From Octopus sinensis (lineage: Eukaryota): 27,433 nucleotides of DNA. A program made the position numbers and the translations under genes. Position 1 is the stretch's first letter. Each line of letters starts with the position of its first letter. A model generated the notes under the pieces. That model was not told where the DNA came from. It was given only the letters and a program-made list of their open reading frames with translations, and made no database searches. Of the stretch, positions 9,685 to 20,661 are shown one piece after another. Location of the stretch: positions 1 through 27,433 of the forward strand of contig NW_021833331.1 of the NCBI RefSeq assembly GCF_006345805.1, in the 5' to 3' direction.

Positions 9685-9739
9685 CTTTAGAGGTACTTGA
9701 TACAGTTCGTGTTTCTCTTGAATAGCTGAATGTTGATGT
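9685..9739 (-). other. Candidate 55-nt micro-exon of an unidentified host gene
   Basis: Minus strand: TTTATGTCTTTTTTCTTTGCAG|ACATCA...CTAAAG|GTACTG. Open in two frames (TSTFSYSRETRTVSSTSK or HQHSAIQEKHELYQVPLK). Lies in unique sequence; no homology recognised. Confidence 0.3.
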
Positions 9740-9934
9740 CTGCAAAGAAAAAAAGACATAAATAAATAAAAACATGATTTTGGAAGGAATTCCAGAGGGT
9801 TGATATTTGTGACGGAAGGATTGGTTATGATGATTAGTGCAGTTGACTGAATTGCTGGTGTGGGCATAATAAGGTTGACGAGCGGAGAAGGGACGAGCCA
9901 GTGTTGGAGACCTGCGTGTGGTGGTATGGGATTA

Positions 9935-10220
9935 CTCTCTTTTACTTGTTTCAGTCATTTGACTGCGGTCATGCTGGAGCACCGCCTTTAGTCGAGCAAG
10001 TCGACTCCCTGGACTTATTCTTTGTAAGCCTTGTACTTATTCTTTCGGTCTCTTTTGCCGAACCGCTAAGTTACGGGGACGTAAATACACCAACATCAGT
10101 TGTCAAGCGATGTGGGGGAAGAAACACAATCACACAAACATACACGCACACACACACATGTATATATATATCTATGTATATATGTATATATATTATATAT
10201 ATATATATATTATATATATA

Positions 10221-10261
<41 letters not shown>

Positions 10262-10410
10262 CACATATATACGACGGGCTTCCTTTAGTTTCCGTCTACC
10301 AAATCCACTCACAAAGCTTTGGTCGGCCCGAGGCTATTGTAGAAGACACTTGCCCAAGGTACCACGTGGTTGGTAAGCAAGCTGCTTACCACACAGCCAC
10401 TCCTGCGCCT
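9935..10410 (-). mobile_element. SINE family 1 (deletion in the head)
   Basis: Reverse complement of family 1, ending CACAGCCACTCCTGCGCCT. Confidence 0.9.
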
Positions 10411-10784
10411 AGAAGATTAGCTAAGTTTGAGGTACAGAAGCCACAGTTGTAACAGTGTAAAAGACAGAAAGAGGAGACTTCATGTGTAGGGGATAAAGTT
10501 TTGGTTGTGTTGGTGAGTGGTTTCATTCTTTTGCTTTAACTGCTACAATCAAAAATGAATTGAGAGCGGAAGCGAGGGAGCTCTGTATATAGTCATTCGC
10601 TCTTATAGAATTAGTTGTTCAGTCTCAGGTCAGCCCTGATTATGCTAACTTATGGCCAAATGAAGAATGGTCGTTGATGATTTGGCACGGCTGACTGGAC
10701 ATTGAGCCTTGTTTTGGTGACAGTGCTTTTTGACACTGGAGGTAAACACATACATAAACACCTACACGCGCACGTAGAAATTTA

Positions 10785-10848
10785 CAGAGAGAGAGAGAGA
10801 GAGAGAAAAAAAGGGGGGCGAGTGAGAGAGAGAGAGAAAAAAAGGGGA

Positions 10849-10880
<32 letters not shown>

Positions 10881-11985
10881 AGGGGAGCAAGTGAGATAGA
10901 GGAAGGGAGAGAGGAAGAGAAGGAGAAAGAGGGAAATTACGAGAGAAACACCAAAACGAGAGAAATAGTAAAACGTCTGCTGACAAATAAATCAGCCTCG
11001 TATCAGCGACTTTAAGATACGATTTGAAGAAGGTTTTGCTGCTATTTCAAACTGGTCGAATGGCCACGGAACAACTCTATCACAGACGTCGTCGATGTCA
11101 TTGTTGCTTTTGTTGTTGCTGATGTTGTTGTTGTTGCTGATGTTGTTGTTGTTGTTGTTGCTGATGTTCTATATTTTGACACGGTTTAATTAGCTTCCAT
11201 CGAAGATGTTCCCTCGTCTTTCATTTTGAAGTCTTTTTTAATCTATCTCTTCGCTTTATCTTTGTGTGTTTGTGTGTGTGTATGTGTGTGTGTGAGGTGT
11301 GAGTCTGTCAATCTCTACCACTCCCTCCCGCCCTCCCGCTCTCTCTCTCTCTCTCGTGCTCTCTCATTCTCTCTATCTCTCTCTTTCCCTCTCCTAGTCA
11401 ATCTAATTACCTTTGTCAGCTTGTCTGATCGTCTGCCGGTCAAACAGTTCAGTCAATCTCTCTAACCTCCCTCTCACTCCTTTTGTCTATCTTCCTCTCA
11501 CACTCTCTATCTTTCTCCGTCCCGATGTCTCTGTCTCTCTCTTCTCGTGTTCTTTCTTTCATCAACTACACTTCTATTCGATTCTTATCGATTATCGAAC
11601 TTTCTTTTCTTTTCAATTCCACCTTTGTTTTCTTTTATCCCTCCTCCATCCTCATCTAGAGTTGATATTAAGCACCACCGCCAACACCACTACCGCCGTC
11701 TCTACCACAACCACAACCACAACCACAACCACCACTAACACCATAACCTGCTGCCGCCGCCACCACATGGTCCACGACTATCCCCACTGCAACCACTACC
11801 ACTACTACCGACACTACCACCATCACTAACAAAAGCTATCAGCATCACCACTACCATCACCATCACTACCCTTACTACCACCAGCACCACAACCACCGCT
11901 ATCGGCATTCATTATCGTAACCATCACCACCACCACCACCACACCACCACCACCACCACCCCACCAACAACAACAAAACAACAAT
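10785..11985. repeat. Compound microsatellite region: (GA)n 10785-10935, (GTT)n ~11100-11165, (CT)n ~11330-11540, (CAC/TAC)n ~11670-11985
   Basis: Directly visible. Confidence 0.9.
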
Positions 11986-12099
11986 AGGGGCTGTTATTTT
12001 ACTGAACTAACTCTTGATCTACAGCAATTTATCCGAGATGACCCCTAAAAACTGCTGTGCCCTACTGTTGTCCCCAACGTTATTTTCTTTTACTTAAAA

Positions 12100-12275
12100 G
12101 TGTGGTGTGTTTACTCCCCGTAACTTAACGCTTCAGCAAATGGGCTCTATATATTAAGTACTAGGCTTTAAAAAAAATTTTCAAGAATCGATTCGATTGA
12201 CTAAAATTCTCCAAGACGGTGCCCCAGAATGGCCGCTGTCTAATGGCTGAAACAGGTAAGAGATGATAGATAAAA
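12100..12275 (+). mobile_element. Diverged SINE family 1 3' half
   Basis: GGTGTGTTTACTCCCCGTAACTTA...AAGTACTAGGCTT...GACGGTGCCCCAGAATGGCCGC...CTGAAACAGGTAAG. Confidence 0.75.
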
Positions 12276-12802
12276 TATGTTTTCATACTACTTGTTTCAC
12301 GAACACTTTTATATCTTCAGCCATGTTTGTTTTTTGGGCTGGAAACTGTCCGCCATTTTAAACTAAATTCGTGCATCAATCTCCACCTTCAATGTGTGGT
12401 TTTAACTTTCTTTGTAATTAGCTCAAGCATTTAGTGACTTGATTACGTTTCAGACGTATTTTCATCAGCATGCTTTTTGAAAATAGAAAAATGCTGATTG
12501 TGTAAATGCAGTCTTTTCCAGATTGTTTATGCTTGATAAAATAGGGGTATTCACACGCATGCTTACGCGCGCGCACTCACACAGACAGACAGACAGACAC
12601 ACACACACACACACCACACACACCACACACATACACATGCACGCAAGCCCATGCACACGTGCGCGCGCGTGCATATACGAACAGTTACACAGGATTGCAT
12701 TTAATGTTGATCCCTTGGAAAATATTAAACGCTAAGTGAATCCCGGTGGGGATTGAAATCAGAAAGAGAAGGGACCTAACTAAAGACAAGGATGCGTACA
12801 TA

Positions 12803-13007
12803 CGAAGGAGTACTGAAAAGTTCTTGGCTTTAAGGGTATTGCCAAAGGCCTGGTGGTTGAAGGCCCGATCTTCCGATTTTTGTTTTTTACAGGGTTTAGA
12901 TAAATTGAAGAACCACTGAGAGGAGAATATGCTGAATAAAATCATATTTAACTCATCCTCCTGTATTTTATTTTACCCAAAGCAAGGAACTTTTCAGCAT
13001 CCCCTCG
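12803..13007 (+). mobile_element. Mariner-derived MITE (205 bp) with TIRs and TA TSD
   Basis: TA|CGAAGGAGTACTGAAAAGTTCTTGGCTT ... AAGCAAGGAACTTTTCAGCATCCCCTCG|TA. The interior retains FLQGLDKLKNH* and GEYAE*, resembling the mariner transposase C-terminus. Confidence 0.85.
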
Positions 13008-13830
13008 TACATACATACATACATACGTACGTACATACGTACATACATGCATGCATACATACATACATTCATATATACATGCATACGTACATACATACAT
13101 TCATACATACACGCATGCATAATACATACGTGCATATCTACCTATATACATACATACATACATGCATACATACATACATGCATACATACATACAAACATA
13201 CATACATACATACATACATACATACATACATACATACAAACATACATACATACAAACATACATACATACATACATACATACATACATACAAACATACATA
13301 CATACATACATACATACATACATACATACATACATACACGCATACGTGCATACGTACAGACATGCATGCATACATACATACATACCTTCATACATACATA
13401 CATGCATACATACATGCATACATATATACATATATACATACATGCATGCATACATATATACATATATACATACCTATATACATACATACATACATACATA
13501 CATACATGCTTAAATATATACATACGTACATGCATATCTACATACTTAAATACATACATGCATGCATGCATACATGCATGCATACATACATATATACATA
13601 CATGCATACATATATACATACGTACATACCTACCTACATACATACATACATACATACATACATACATACATACATGCATTCATACATACGTACATGCATG
13701 CATATATACATACATGCATACCTACATACATATATACATACATACTTGCATACATACATACATAAATACATACTTACATATGTACATACATAGAAACGTA
13801 CATACATGCATATATGCATGCCTGTATGCA
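13008..13830. repeat. ~820-bp (TACA)n tetranucleotide array with TGCA/TATA variants
   Basis: Directly visible; the source of the long HTYI/MYVC pseudo-ORFs. Confidence 0.95.
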
Positions 13831-13844
13831 TGTGTATATATCCT

Positions 13845-14013
13845 TTTCTTTTATTGCTTTATTTGTTTCAGCCATTTTGACTGCGGCCATACTGGAGAAC
13901 CGCCTTTAGTCGAACAAATCGATCCCAGGACTTATTCTTTGTAAGTCTAGTACTTATTCTATCGGTCTTTTTTGCCGAACTGCTACATCGGTTGTCAAGC
14001 AATGGTGAGAGGA

Positions 14014-14049
<36 letters not shown>

Positions 14050-14250
14050 ATATATATATATATACGACACATATATATATATACGACGGGCTTCTTTCAG
14101 TTTCCGTTTACCAAATTCACTCAGGTAACTTTGGTAGGGCCGAGGTTATAGTAGAAGACACTTTTCCACGTGCCACACAGTGGGACTGAACCCGGAATCC
14201 TGTGGTTCGAAAGCATGCTTGTTACCATATAGCCACACCTGCGCCTATAT
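13845..14250 (-). mobile_element. SINE family 1
   Basis: Reverse complement of family 1, ending AGCCACACCTGCGCCT. Confidence 0.9.
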
Positions 14251-14309
14251 ATATATATATTTTTTTTCTTCTTCTTCTTCTTCTTCTTCTTCTTCTTCTT
14301 CTTCTTCTT

Positions 14310-14340
<31 letters not shown>

Positions 14341-15200
14341 TTATTATTATTATTATTAACATTGCAGGAATGATAAAACTAAGTTGATCTTGTCGGGATT
14401 CGAACCCAGAACGTTAAGACCCGGAAGAAACACAGTGAAGCACTCTTTTGCCCGATGCTCTAGCCATTATTTTAATCCACTGCTCTTAGTGATCCCATAA
14501 CGACAATAATAACAAAAACAAAATAGAAAAAGAAAAAAAGCAATTAATAACAGCAAACTCAGTAATAGCATCTGCTACCATTACATCAACTAATACCATC
14601 ACTACTACTACAACCACCACCACTGCCGCCACCACCATCATCACCACCACCATTACTACTACCAACACCACTGCCACTAATACCACGACTACAACCATCA
14701 CCACCACACCACCACTACTACTACTACTACCACCACCATTATAATACTACCACCACCACATTACTACTACTACCACCACCACCACCACCACTATTACAAC
14801 CACTACCATCATTACTACTACTACTGCTACTACTACTACTACTACTACTACTACGACTACTACCATCACCACCATCATTACTGTTACTACTAATACAACT
14901 ACTACCACCGCCACCACCACCACCACCACCACCGCCGCCGCCGCCGCTCCTCTTCCTCCTCCTCCTCTTCTTCCTCCTCCTCCTCCTCCTCCTCCTCCTA
15001 CTACTACTACTACTACTACAACCATCACCACTAGCGTCGATAAAATAAGTACCAGAGAAACCCTGGATTCGATCTAATCGACTACCTCCCCTCTCCTCTC
15101 CTCCCCCCAAATTTCAGGCCTTGTGCCGAAAGTAGAAAGGAACATTAATTCTACTGCTCCTGCTCTCCTTCTCCTCTTCCTGCTGCTGCTGCTGCTGCTA

Positions 15201-15248
<48 letters not shown>

Positions 15249-15265
15249 AAAATGGTTACGCTGAT
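14250..15265. repeat. Triplet microsatellite field ((TTC)n, (TTA)n, (CAC/TAC)n, (CCT)n, (CTA)n) with SINE family 2 pieces at ~14385-14470 (-) and ~15035-15150 (+)
   Basis: Directly visible. SINE pieces carry GGATTCGAACCCAGAACG and GTCGATAAAATAAGTACCAG. Confidence 0.85.
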
Positions 15266-15336
15266 CGATTATCGAATGAAGAAATACGGGGACAGATGGA
15301 TATAACAGTATGTGTGTGTGTGTGTGTGTGTGTGTA

Positions 15337-15378
<42 letters not shown>

Positions 15379-15511
15379 ATGCGTGTGCTTGTGTGTATGT
15401 ATGCGTGTGTATGCGACTCTGAATGTGTTTATCGTATGTATGTGTGAATGCATGCTTATATGTCTGCGAGTGTGTGCGTGCGTGTGTGATATGTATGTGT
15501 GTGTATATATT

Positions 15512-15546
<35 letters not shown>

Positions 15547-15695
15547 GTGTGTGTCTGTCTGGCGTGTGTCTGTGTATTTGTGTCTGTGTGCGTATGTCTG
15601 CGGGACACCAATGTTTCGGTAGCCATATGGCAGCTAGTTTATTGGTCAAACTGTCATTTAAGAGACAGTAGGGGGCGACAAGGACGACGACGACG

Positions 15696-15727
<32 letters not shown>

Positions 15728-15824
15728 AACACCGTCGACTACTGCAAGCCCAGCAACAGCAACAATTTACAAGATCGATATTTACAATTACGCTTGAGTG
15801 TCGATTACAAAATTAACGATGGGC

Positions 15825-16447
15825 GTTGTCATGCCTGAATGATTAAGAATCTTACTGTCCAGCCACGTGGTGTCGTGTTCAAACCCAACGTGCTGCGCCG
15901 TGGGCAAGTGTCTTCTACTATAGAATCGGACCGACCAATGCCTTGTGAGTGATTTATGGTAGATGGAAACTGTGAGGAAGTCCACCATAGGCACAGGAGT
16001 GGCTGTGTGGTAAGTAGCATGCTTACGAACTACATGGTCCCGGGTTCAGTCCCACTGCGCTGCACCTTGGGCAAGTGTCTTCTACTATAGCCTCGGGTCA
16101 ACCAAAGCCTTGTGAGTGGATTTGGTAGATGGAAACTGAAAGAAGCCCGCCGTATATATGTATATATATATATTTAATAACAAATTAATAAATAAAACAT
16201 ATGCATATATACATACATATATGTACGTACCTACATCTACATGTATATATACATGCATATATGGGTACAGGACACCAAAAAGAAAAAACGTCGAACACAA
16301 TGAGAAACGAAAACATAAACACAAAACCAAGGAAATGGACATTTTTCTTAAACAACGAAAAACCAGAGCACAAGACATACAACACAAGGAAAATTCCCCT
16401 TCTTCAGTCGCCTCTGTTTCATCTACTCCACGTTTCGAAGGTCACAC

Positions 16448-16521
<74 letters not shown>

Positions 16522-16750
16522 TTGTGTGTATGTTTGTGTGTCTGTGTTTGTCCCCCCAAACATCACTTGACAACCGATGCTGGTGTGTTTACGTCCCCGT
16601 AACTTAGCGGTTCGGCAAAAAGACCGATAGAATAAGTACTACGCTTACAAAGAATAGGTCCTGGGGTTGATTTGCTCGACTAAAGGCGGTGCTCCAGCAT
16701 GGCCACAGTCAAATGATTGAAACAAGTAAAAGAGTAAAAAAGAGTAAAAG
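15825..16750 (+). mobile_element. Tandem SINE family 1 heads (diverged 15825-15980; younger from ~15995), the second interrupted at its microsatellite by another repeat and completed at 16445-16750
   Basis: Two successive GGGCAAGTGTCTTCTACTATAG...GGTAGATGGAAACTG modules; the 3' body resumes after (TG)n. Confidence 0.85.
16170..16445 (-). mobile_element. Probable Penelope-like terminal-repeat fragment inserted in the SINE microsatellite
   Basis: Minus strand CCTTCGAAACG...GACTGAAGAAGGGG...T-rich tract, resembling PLE pseudo-LTR sequence (recognition only). Confidence 0.45.
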
Positions 16751-16789
16751 AGATGTGTATGTGCGCGCGCGCTTGTAGTTCGAAATGAC

Positions 16790-16925
16790 GATGACGCGTG
16801 TAGGAACAACAAGCTGGTGTATTAGTTTAACGCTCGAGAAGAATGGAAACGTCTTTTCTGTTTCGAGCCTACGCTCTTTGACGGAAAGGATTAAGAGCAG
16901 AAAAAAAGGGGAGAAAATGAAATAA
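16790..16925 (-). mobile_element. Penelope-like terminal-repeat fragment, same family as 25670-25835
   Basis: Reverse complement shares AAGAGCGTA(G/A)GCTCGAAA...CGAG(C/T)GTTAAACTAATAC with the copy at 25711-25772. Confidence 0.6.
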
Positions 16926-16977
16926 AACGGAGAGAGGAAGAAAATGTTTTTGTAGGGATTAACGTCGTCGTCATATA

Positions 16978-17867
16978 CAGGGTGGGTGAAAAGTAACTAG
17001 GCATTAGAAATTGCTTATAGAATTTTTAGTATCACTGAAGTCATGACGAAAACAATTTTTTAAACAGACAACACTAATGGGAATTTCACATTTTCTTATT
17101 GGTTCATTTCTTATTTTCTTTTGCTGCTCGCTTGACTGTTTCAGGGTCGAGCTAAGTTAGCAGCACGCTATGAAGTGTGGAATTCCATTGTTTTGGTTCC
17201 GAGATGGTGGTGTGCATAGAAAGGTAAGCATGCAACATTATGTACGGAGACAATAAAAAGTTGTCATGCAAAGCTGATGACCACGGACTCTGTGAATGAT
17301 GCAAGGAGTGGCCGTCCAACCACATCCCGATCAGCGGAAAACGTGGCAACACTACAGAAAATTTTTAATCGCAGCCCACAGAAATCAACACGTCAAGCGG
17401 CTCATGAAAGTGGAGTGACAACACACACAATACGTACAGTATTGCATAAAGAATTGAATTTTTGTCCGTGGAAACCCCATTATGTGCAGGAGCTAAAACC
17501 TGAAGACTGTGACCGCAGAAGTTCAGAACTCCAAGAAGTCCAGATCTCATTCCACGTGATTTTTTACCTGTGGTGTTACACAAAAGAGGACATGTACAAG
17601 ATAAAACCTCGCACACTGAAGGTTTAGAGACACGGATTCAGGAAATCCTCAATGATATCTCAGACGACGTTCTTCAGAAGGTTGTACATTCCATCCCTGG
17701 CCGTTCGAGGAAACTGGTTGACGCTGTCGGTGCTTTCGTTGAAATATATAGGTTTACTTTCATTTTGCCATGTAATAAAGAACATGTATCATTTGTTTCA
17801 ATAAATTTATAAAAGGAATATGGGTTTTATTACCAATTTTTAATGCCTACTTAATTTTCATCCACCC

Positions 17868-17869
<2 letters not shown>
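16978..17869 (+). mobile_element. Internally deleted Tc1/mariner-superfamily element (DDxD type) with both TIRs
   Basis: TIRs CAGGGTGGGTGAAAAGTAACTAGGCATT and reverse complement CAGGGTGGATGAAAATTAAGTAGGCATT; TA on the left, CA then (TA)n on the right. Transposase relics: ARYEVWNSIVLV..DSVNDARSGRPTTSRS..RSPQKSTRQAAHESG..KPHYVQELKPEDCDRR joined to PRSPDLIPRD(F)YLW..KPRTL..GAFVEI. Confidence 0.9.
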
Positions 17870-17933
<64 letters not shown>

Positions 17934-17999
17934 TATATATACTGATAAATATATACTTTCTGAAGTTGTCAGAAAAATCATATTTTGTGTAGGCCTTTT

Positions 18000-18375
18000 A
18001 TCTTTTACTAGTTTCAGTCATTAGACTGTGGCCATGCTGGGGCACCGCTTTGAGAACTTCTAGTTGAAAAAATGTTTTAATCCTAGTACTTAAGCTATCG
18101 TTCTCTTTAGCCGAACCGCTAAGTTAAGGGGACGTAAATACACCAACACGGGTTGTCAAGCTTTTCAAACACAGACACACATATAATTATGTGTGTGTGT
18201 GTGTGTATGTACGACAGGCTTCTTTCAGTTTCCGTCTACCAAATCTACTTACAAGGATTTGGTCGGCCCAGGGCTATAGTAGAAGTCTATTGCCCTAGGG
18301 TTACACGCAGTAAAACTGAACCCGAAACCATGTGGTTGGGAAGCAGACTTTTTACCACAGAGCCACGCCTACGCC
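18000..18375 (-). mobile_element. SINE family 1, diverged
   Basis: TTTACTAGTTTCAGTCATTAGACTGTGGCCATGCTGGGGCACC...CCCGAAACCATGTGGTTGG. Confidence 0.85.
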
Positions 18376-18753
18376 TATTTACTGCCACTATGTGTTTGGC
18401 AAATAAGTGTGTAAATATAGAAAATTGTATAGGTTAATAATTTCGACCAATCAGATTCTTTATTGGTATTCACTGCACTCTGAATATACCATCAATTTAG
18501 GCTACTTGCTATTTTGAGCTTTTAATTTTTAAAAGATAACAATCTTATTTAATACTTTATTAAATTACCAACTAATTAAACTGAGACGAAGCTTGCTCGT
18601 TTTGTTGTATGAATCAATGTAAATGCAAATATGATTTTTTTCTGAAAGTGTATTTTTCTATAAACGAAAACGAACATCTAATTTCGCACACAACCAATCA
18701 ATGGACTGGACGCCACCGCAGAATACTAAACTTCTCGCTCTCTCCGTCTAGAG

Positions 18754-19108
18754 CGGGATTAGTACTCAACCATTTTATATCTATGGACCCCTTTGATTAC
18801 TATTTTATTCTGGTAGACCCGCCCCCCTCCATAGCCATTTGATGCTTAGAATCTAGTTTTACAGAAACTTCTTTCAAAATTCCTATTTTTTTCACACATT
18901 TACTTGCGTAGGTTGAACTATGTAAAATGTTAGAGAAGGAACCCAAGCTGTTTTTTGCAATACGTACCAATACGTACATCGAAATCAAAAGTTTTTCAGG
19001 GGCCCTTAAAATACTATTTAGGTCCTCAATCTACGATTTTGTTGCATGGACCCCCAAAATCTTATAACGACCCTCAGGGGGCTTATGAACCCCAGTTGAG
19101 AAACACTG
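18754..19108. mobile_element. hAT (Charlie-like) MITE with perfect 8-bp TSD GTCTAGAG
   Basis: GTCTAGAG at 18746-18753 and 19109-19116. Right end reverse complement is CAGTGTTTCTCAACTGGGG; left end is degenerate but retains CTCAACC. NTCTAGAN is the established Charlie-type target preference. Confidence 0.85.
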
Positions 19109-19424
19109 GTCTAGAGGAAGCATCCAATACTGAAACTGGTTAGGATTCGGAAGGTCGCAGATTTTCAGTACCTTGTCAAAAGGCCTCAGAGATTTACGAT
19201 GGATTAAGACATATCGCAACCAGTCAGGGCGGGAATCAATAGAACAAGGCACTAGTCCAGGGCAGTGAATCGTCGAATGAGATGTTTTAGATATTTAGAT
19301 ATTTTTTCCCCGGTCCTCTGAGTACAGAGTTCAAATCGCATTGAGGGTAATATCTCCTTCAGCCCATCTCTTAAAACAGATGATAGACGATAGATGAAGC
19401 AGTCTTTAGTTTTTAAGTCTAGTT

Positions 19425-20180
19425 CTCATTGCATCAAACTCTTTTGCCGAACCGCTAGATTACGGAGTGGTAAACAACTCAATGCTAATTGTCAAGCGGG
19501 GGAGAGGGATAAACACAAATACACACACACACACGCACACACGCACGTACACAGGCACACACATCATCATCATCATCATTGTTCGACCGTGGTCGAGACA
19601 ATGGAATTTACCATGTTGCGCCAGACTTCACGGTCCATCATAGCATTACGGAGGTCCTGTTGCTGGATGCCTGTATCCCTGGAGATTACATCAGGGTAGG
19701 AGAGTGTGCGCCCTCTGGTGTTGCGAGTAGATGGCTTCCAGAGGAGAAGAGTAGAAATTACTTCTTTTTCAGCTCTACAACAATGTCCAGCAAACTGGAC
19801 TCTCCTACCTTTCACAAGAGATGACACAGGTGGTAATTTCCCATATATTTGCATTTTAGTTGGATGGCGCCTCCACGAGAGATTTTGAGCTCTCATAAGG
19901 AGGCGAGTGTAGGTTCCATCCAACCGCCTCTCAAGCTTCTTTGATAACGTCCAGGTTTCTGAGCCATATAGTAGAATTGGTTCGACTGTGGCTTTGAATA
20001 TTTCAAGTTTCAAGTCTCTACTTAGATTTGATGACCAGATCTTATGCATGTCACACACACATACACACGCACACATGATTGTGTGTGTGTGTGTCTGTAT
20101 GTATGTGCGTGTGTGTTTGTGTGTGTATGTGTGTATACGACGGTCTTCCACATGGTTTCCGTCATCCAAATCACTCAGCA
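19425..20180 (-). mobile_element. Old SINE family 1-like copy split by a LINE insertion
   Basis: CTCTTTTGCCGAACCGCTAG...TTGTCAAGCG at 19440-19500 and ACGACGGTCTTCC...TTTCCGTCATCCAAATCACTCA at 20137-20177 flank (CA)n and the LINE. Confidence 0.7.
19562..20049 (-). mobile_element. 5'-truncated RTE-group LINE 3' end with uninterrupted ORF and (TGA)n tail
   Basis: KIWSSNLSRDLKLEIFKATVEPILLYGSETWTLSKKLERRLDGTYTRLL...RRVQFAGHCCRA...DREVWR...VEQ*, open for ~157 codons. LLYGSETW and RR..FAGH are RTE-group C-terminal motifs. Confidence 0.9.
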
Positions 20181-20301
20181 AGAATAAGAACAAGAACAAC
20201 AACAGCAATTACTACAACAACAACAGCTACAATTTCAACGACAGCAACCACAGCTATCGTAACAAATTGAATAACACCAACAACAACAACAGCTGCAGTA
20301 G

Positions 20302-20661
20302 AGGTGCAATGGCCCAGTGGTTAGGGCAGCGGACTCACGGTCGGAGGATCGCGGTTTCGATTCCCAGACCGGGCGTGTGTGTTTATTGAGCGGAAACACC
20401 TAAAGCTCCACGAGGCTCCGGCAGGGGGTGGTGGCGACCCCTGTTGTACTCTTTCGCCCCAACTTTCTCTCACTCTTTCTTCCTGTTTCTTGTCCCCGAC
20501 TTCCTACGCAACCGCTGAGCCTGGATACGCATTCATCCATCCGTCGATGCTCTCGGTGTCGGGGGTTGACCTGCTTTCTCTTCTGCGGGTCAAACGAATA
20601 GCAAAGGACCACGTTTCGGACTTCTCCCATCTTGCGAGCTCTTGACGAAGGCCGTTCGCCC
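20302..20661 (+). mobile_element. SINE family 3 head and body with an alternative 3' tail ending in (AAC/AGC)n
   Basis: GGTGCAATGGCCCAGTGGTTAGGGCAGCGGACTC...GGTTTCGATTCCCAGACC matches the 5110-5404 copy up to ~20488, then diverges completely. Confidence 0.8.

Noticed and set aside
10436-10518. Plus-strand exon ending at a perfect GTGAGT donor
   Set aside because: All three frames upstream contain stops and the acceptor is weak.
10785-11540. (GA)n and (CT)n blocks as a specific triplex or hairpin system
   Set aside because: Such tracts are ubiquitous in this repeat landscape; nothing indicates a specific pairing.
12929-13944. Long ORFs of 190-260 aa (HTYI / MYVC repeats)
   Set aside because: Pure translations of the (TACA)n array in several frames; no coding signal.
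16390-16445. Permuted (type II) hammerhead on the minus strand (CCTTC-GAAACG...CTGAAGA-AGG)
   Set aside because: Core words are present, but I could not form stem I or a valid cleavage triplet.
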